Shown here piece after piece: positions 60,521 to 64,000 of a stretch of DNA of 64,000 nt. This stretch comes from Candidatus Latescibacterota bacterium. GTDB lineage: Bacteria; Latescibacterota; UBA2968; UBA8231. The position numbers were made by a program, and so were the translations under genes. The stretch spans positions 3,808,001 to 3,872,000 of the forward strand of contig CBDETK010000013.1 of the NCBI GenBank assembly GCA_965242865.1, written 5' to 3'. The stretch's first letter is position 1. Every line of letters begins with the position of its first letter. Under the pieces are notes generated by a model. The model had not been told where the DNA came from. It did no database searches and worked only from the letters and a program-made list of their open reading frames with translations.

Positions 60521-62559
60521 GGCTCGGCGAAAACGCTGCGTCCCAGAGGGTGCGGTTCTCTTTGGCAATCCACTGGCCGACCCGGATGCGGTCAATGAGA
60601 TAGTTGGGCAGATGCGCGATCGCGATACACTGGTCGCCGCGCCGAATGCCGCGCCAGTTGAAATGAAAGCCGAGGTTGTCAAAGCCGTACCGCTGGCGGG
60701 AGCGCGAAAGGCCGCCCGGGTCGGCCGGGGTGACGTGCAAAACGAACTTCGCCTGTACGTCGTCGGAAGCACACGGCTGTTTGAGGTACGTCAGCCTGTG
60801 GCCGTTGCGGTACACGTCCCAGCCGGAGCGGACGACCCGCTCGCCGACCTGGGCGAGGAGTCGCTCCACGTAGCGTTGTTTGCAGGTGCGATGCCGGTCT
60901 GCGTCGAACGGTTCGGTCGCCGCGGTCGTTAGGCGGAACACCACCCCGTCGGATAGCTCGGCCACGGGTTCCACGCCGGGCAGGCAGCGGAGGTCCAAGG
61001 CGTCGTAGGCGTAAGAAGGCTTTTGATGCTGGAGCCAAACGATATGTGAGTTGGTGCTATCGGTTCTCCGCATTATGTGCGGCATCACCCTGTGAATCCT
61101 GCCTTGTGGGAGAGGCTGGTGCTTTCCCAAGGCGGCGGTCCGGTCCCAAAACCAAGTAAGGAAGACGTTGTTGGTATAAACCCTGCCCTCATTGAGGTTG
61201 GTTCTGATGTACTTCAGGGTCTCGGAAGGTTCCCAATAGGGGCTATTGTACATCCAGTCTTTGACCCCGGCTCTCCATGCTTGGTGGGTAATGCGGAGAT
61301 TTCTATGCACCGAGAAGCCGGTGTGGGCGAGGGCACCTAGCAAGACGAGGGACACCAGCCTCCCCTTGGCGATGGCCATCCGACCCGTAGTCTCGATGGA
61401 CAGGAACCGATCCAGCAGCAACGCCACGACCACCAGCAGCGGCACATACACCGGCAGCAGATAGCGGCTGTCGATTTTCTGAGCAACCGTGAAGGGCACG
61501 ACAGCGACCAGGAATACGGGGTAGGCTACGGCGAATACCCCGAATGGGATAGCCGGCTCCAAACGGGAATACGCCGGTGCGGCCTCTAGGTCCTGCCTGC
61601 GACCAGCGCGGTGCATTCGGGTGGCGCGTAGGACGACCGTCGCGCCGGCCAGCCCGACTCCCCCGACCGCCAGCCACAGCAGATACGCCAATCCATCCGG
61701 CGCGTTCCGCGGGACGACCCACGCACCGAACACCTCAACGATCTGGCTCAGCCCAGCGGATAGGGACTGCCCCGAAGAAAAAATTGCTCTTTTCCCTGTT
61801 GCATCGGTTAGGTTCCCGGTGACCGCCCAGTTGTGCGCCAATACTCCCAGCAAGGGCAGGGACGAGATCGCGCCAAAGACGACGGTATGCTTCAGCCGGG
61901 CGAGCGGGAGCAGCAGGAGGACGCCGACGCCGATCAGGGCCCCGCCCGGCCAGCGAGTCACCGCGGCCAGTGCGGTGAAAACCGCCGCCCACAGCCAGGG
62001 CGTCCGCCCGCCGCGATGCAGGAAGGCCGCCCATTGGATCAAGGCGAGGAGCGTAAACAGAATGAAGAGGGGATCGGTCCTGAAGTTCGCTGCGAGATCG
62101 CTCAAGGGCAGGGAAGCTGCAATGGTCGCGGTGGCGGCCAACCCCAACAGCCGCGACCGGAGATGCGAGTGCAGCCAGCACCCCGCGACGAGGGTGGTCA
62201 GCCCGAAGGCCGTGGCGTTGATCCACCGACCGGCCGCAAACGGCTCGATGCCAAGCCAACCGAGGGCCGCCAGCAGTAGGGGGAACAAGGGCGGCCAAAG
62301 CACCAGCGGTTTGCCCCGGAGATCCTGCCAACCCTCGCCGGCGAGGAAGTTTATGGCCGTGGAGAGAAGAAGGGAGGCGTCCCAGCCGACCGCGGCGCCG
62401 TAGGTGGCGGTGCGGACGAGGATGTGGGCGGTGCCCAGCCCGGCGAGGACGACGATGAGCAGCGCGAAGGGGTCGCACCAGAACCGGGCGATCCACTCGA
62501 ATGCGGAGCATTTTGCCGCAAAGAGGGTAAATCTCCCCCCCCCCCCCCCCAATCCTCAT
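60516..62559 (-). CDS. GT-C (PMT/ArnT-like) membrane protein paralog 2 with 5' G16 tract
   Basis: 678-aa frame from TTG 62552. ATG 62559 is out of frame by one base across G16 (62535-62550). Confidence 0.78.
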
Positions 62560-62666
62560 AAATTTATTAAAAACAATCACTTATGACTTTATTCTTAGTA
62601 TAATGGTCAGGGAGCGCCACGGCCTTTTTTTGCCCATAGTACTCAACTCAATCAAGATACCCTCAT

Positions 62667-62748
62667 TCCTGTTATATAGGTCAAATGATAATATGCTTGA
62701 TGCGGCGATGTAAAGAACGGCTCGGCGAGTAGGATGTCCTGTATCACC
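62667..62748. repeat. 82-bp inter-paralog spacer repeat, copy 2
   Basis: Matches 60439-60520. Confidence 0.92.
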
Positions 62749-64000
62749 GACCCGGCGAAAACTCTGCGTCCCAGACGGTGCGGTTCCCATTGGCAATCCA
62801 CTGGCCGACCCGGATGCGGCCGATGGCGTAGGCGGGCAGCTCAACGACCGCGATACACTGGTCAGCCACCCGCATGCGGTGCCGCCGGCGGAGCCAGTCG
62901 AAATGGAAGCCGAGGCTGTCAAAGCCGTACCGCCGGCGGGCGATGGGCAAGACGCTCGGGTCGGCCGGGGTGACGTGCAAAATGAACTTCGCCTGCACAT
63001 CGGCGGGGGCACACGGCTTTTTGAAGTAGGTCAGCTTGCGCCCGTTGCGGTACACGTCCCAACCGGCGCGAACCACCCGCTCGCCCGCCTGTGCGAGGAG
63101 TTGCGCCACGTAGTGTTCTTCGGCGCGTTGTTTCTGGACGCGATGCCGGTCCGCATCAAACGGTTCGGTCGCCGCCGTTTCGGTCGTTACGCGGAATACC
63201 ACGCCATCGGACAACTTGACCACCACCTCCACGCCGGGCAGCAAGCGGAGGTCGAGGTCGTTGTAGTCAAAATACACAGTTCGATAGCTGTTTTTGAGCC
63301 AGACGATATAGACTTTGTCTTCGCCTCGTTTGCTCCACTTTCCGGCCTGCCGCGTCCAATAGCGTAGCTCAAAGGGAAGAACCCGATGTGTTCTAAAAGC
63401 GGCGGTCCGGTCAGCAAACCAGAGGAGGAAATGGTCGTTGGTGTACATCTTGCTATCGCTAAGGTGGTCCCGGATGTAATTCAGGGTCGCGGAATGTTGC
63501 CGATAGGCGACGTTGAAAGACCCGTCGTTGAGGTATCCGGCCAATGATTGGGCGGTAAGACGGAGGTTTTTTTGCGCCGAGAAGCCGATGTGGGCGAGGA
63601 CCCCCAGCAAGACGAGGGACACCAGACCCCACTTGGCCACGGCCACCCGCCCCACAACTTCAATGGACAGGAATCGGTCTAACAGTAACACCGCCGCCAA
63701 CAGCAGCGGCATATACACCGGCAGCAGGTAACGGTCGGGTATCTTGAGGGGGATCACGAGTGGCACGATGGCGACGATGAATAGGAGATAGGCTAAGGCG
63801 AACGTTCCGAATGGGAGTGCCGGCCCCAACCCTAAAGACAGCACCCCCTTTCTCCAGCCAGCCACAACGACAGCGCAGATTGCCACAACAACCAGCCAGA
63901 TCGTCGCCCACAGAAGAGAACCGAACCAGTCCGGGGTGCCCAACCCGGTCGCTGTCCATAGGAGATAACCAAACCCGTCCAGCGCGTCCTGGGGCATCGC
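62744..64000 (-). CDS. GT-C (PMT/ArnT-like) membrane protein paralog 1 (5' part outside window)
   Basis: DRYLLPVY, LLDRFLSIE, KFILHVTPADP and RIRVGQW shared with the other paralogs. Confidence 0.8.
   Translation of the reverse strand, partial: AMPQDALDGFGYLLWTATGLGTPDWFGSLLWATIWLVVVAICAVVVAGWRKGVLSLGLGPALPFGTFALAYLLFIVAIVPLVIPLKIPDRYLLPVYMPLLLAAVLLLDRFLSIEVVGRVAVAKWGLVSLVLLGVLAHIGFSAQKNLRLTAQSLAGYLNDGSFNVAYRQHSATLNYIRDHLSDSKMYTNDHFLLWFADRTAAFRTHRVLPFELRYWTRQAGKWSKRGEDKVYIVWLKNSYRTVYFDYNDLDLRLLPGVEVVVKLSDGVVFRVTTETAATEPFDADRHRVQKQRAEEHYVAQLLAQAGERVVRAGWDVYRNGRKLTYFKKPCAPADVQAKFILHVTPADPSVLPIARRRYGFDSLGFHFDWLRRRHRMRVADQCIAVVELPAYAIGRIRVGQWIANGNRTVWDAEFSPGR

Noticed and set aside
56615-64000. 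Diversity-generating retroelement or a true integron
   Set aside because: No reverse transcriptase or integrase in the window, differences are not adenine-specific, and no convincing attC R''/R' boxes were seen.

Overview
GC-rich bacterial chromosome window. The overall profile (FlgD/T9SS-like C-terminal sorting domains, WD40, ankyrin, dockerin, GPP34 and SWIB proteins, a sulfatase) resembles an FCB-group, possibly host-associated bacterium; that placement is inference only. A housekeeping core at about 27-48.5 kb (ppk2, aroC, carA, proC-hisH-hisF-proB-ftsB-recO-glyQS, tRNA-Leu, tig-clpP-clpX-engB-serA-purA-prpB-prpC) is flanked by plastic accessory regions. The main observations are: (1) a tandem array of at least 4 paralogous GT-C-type membrane glycosyltransferase-like genes (56.6-64 kb), with a G16 tract that puts one copy out of frame with its ATG (candidate phase variation), an 82-bp repeated spacer, a TA module inserted in one spacer, and a remote fragment at 7.7 kb; (2) an uncharacterised AT-richer two-gene module (putative PD-(D/E)XK nuclease plus a helical-domain partner, 49.1-50.8 kb); (3) a decayed defence-like islet with a frameshifted HEPN gene and an MmeI-type methyltransferase remnant; (4) a roughly 95-bp MITE/REP-like element whose ends overlap stop codons; (5) a duplicated and decaying kinase cassette; (6) a circularly permuted TrxR-like domain fused to a membrane polyferredoxin. 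No CRISPR array, rRNA, integrase or intact transposase was seen.
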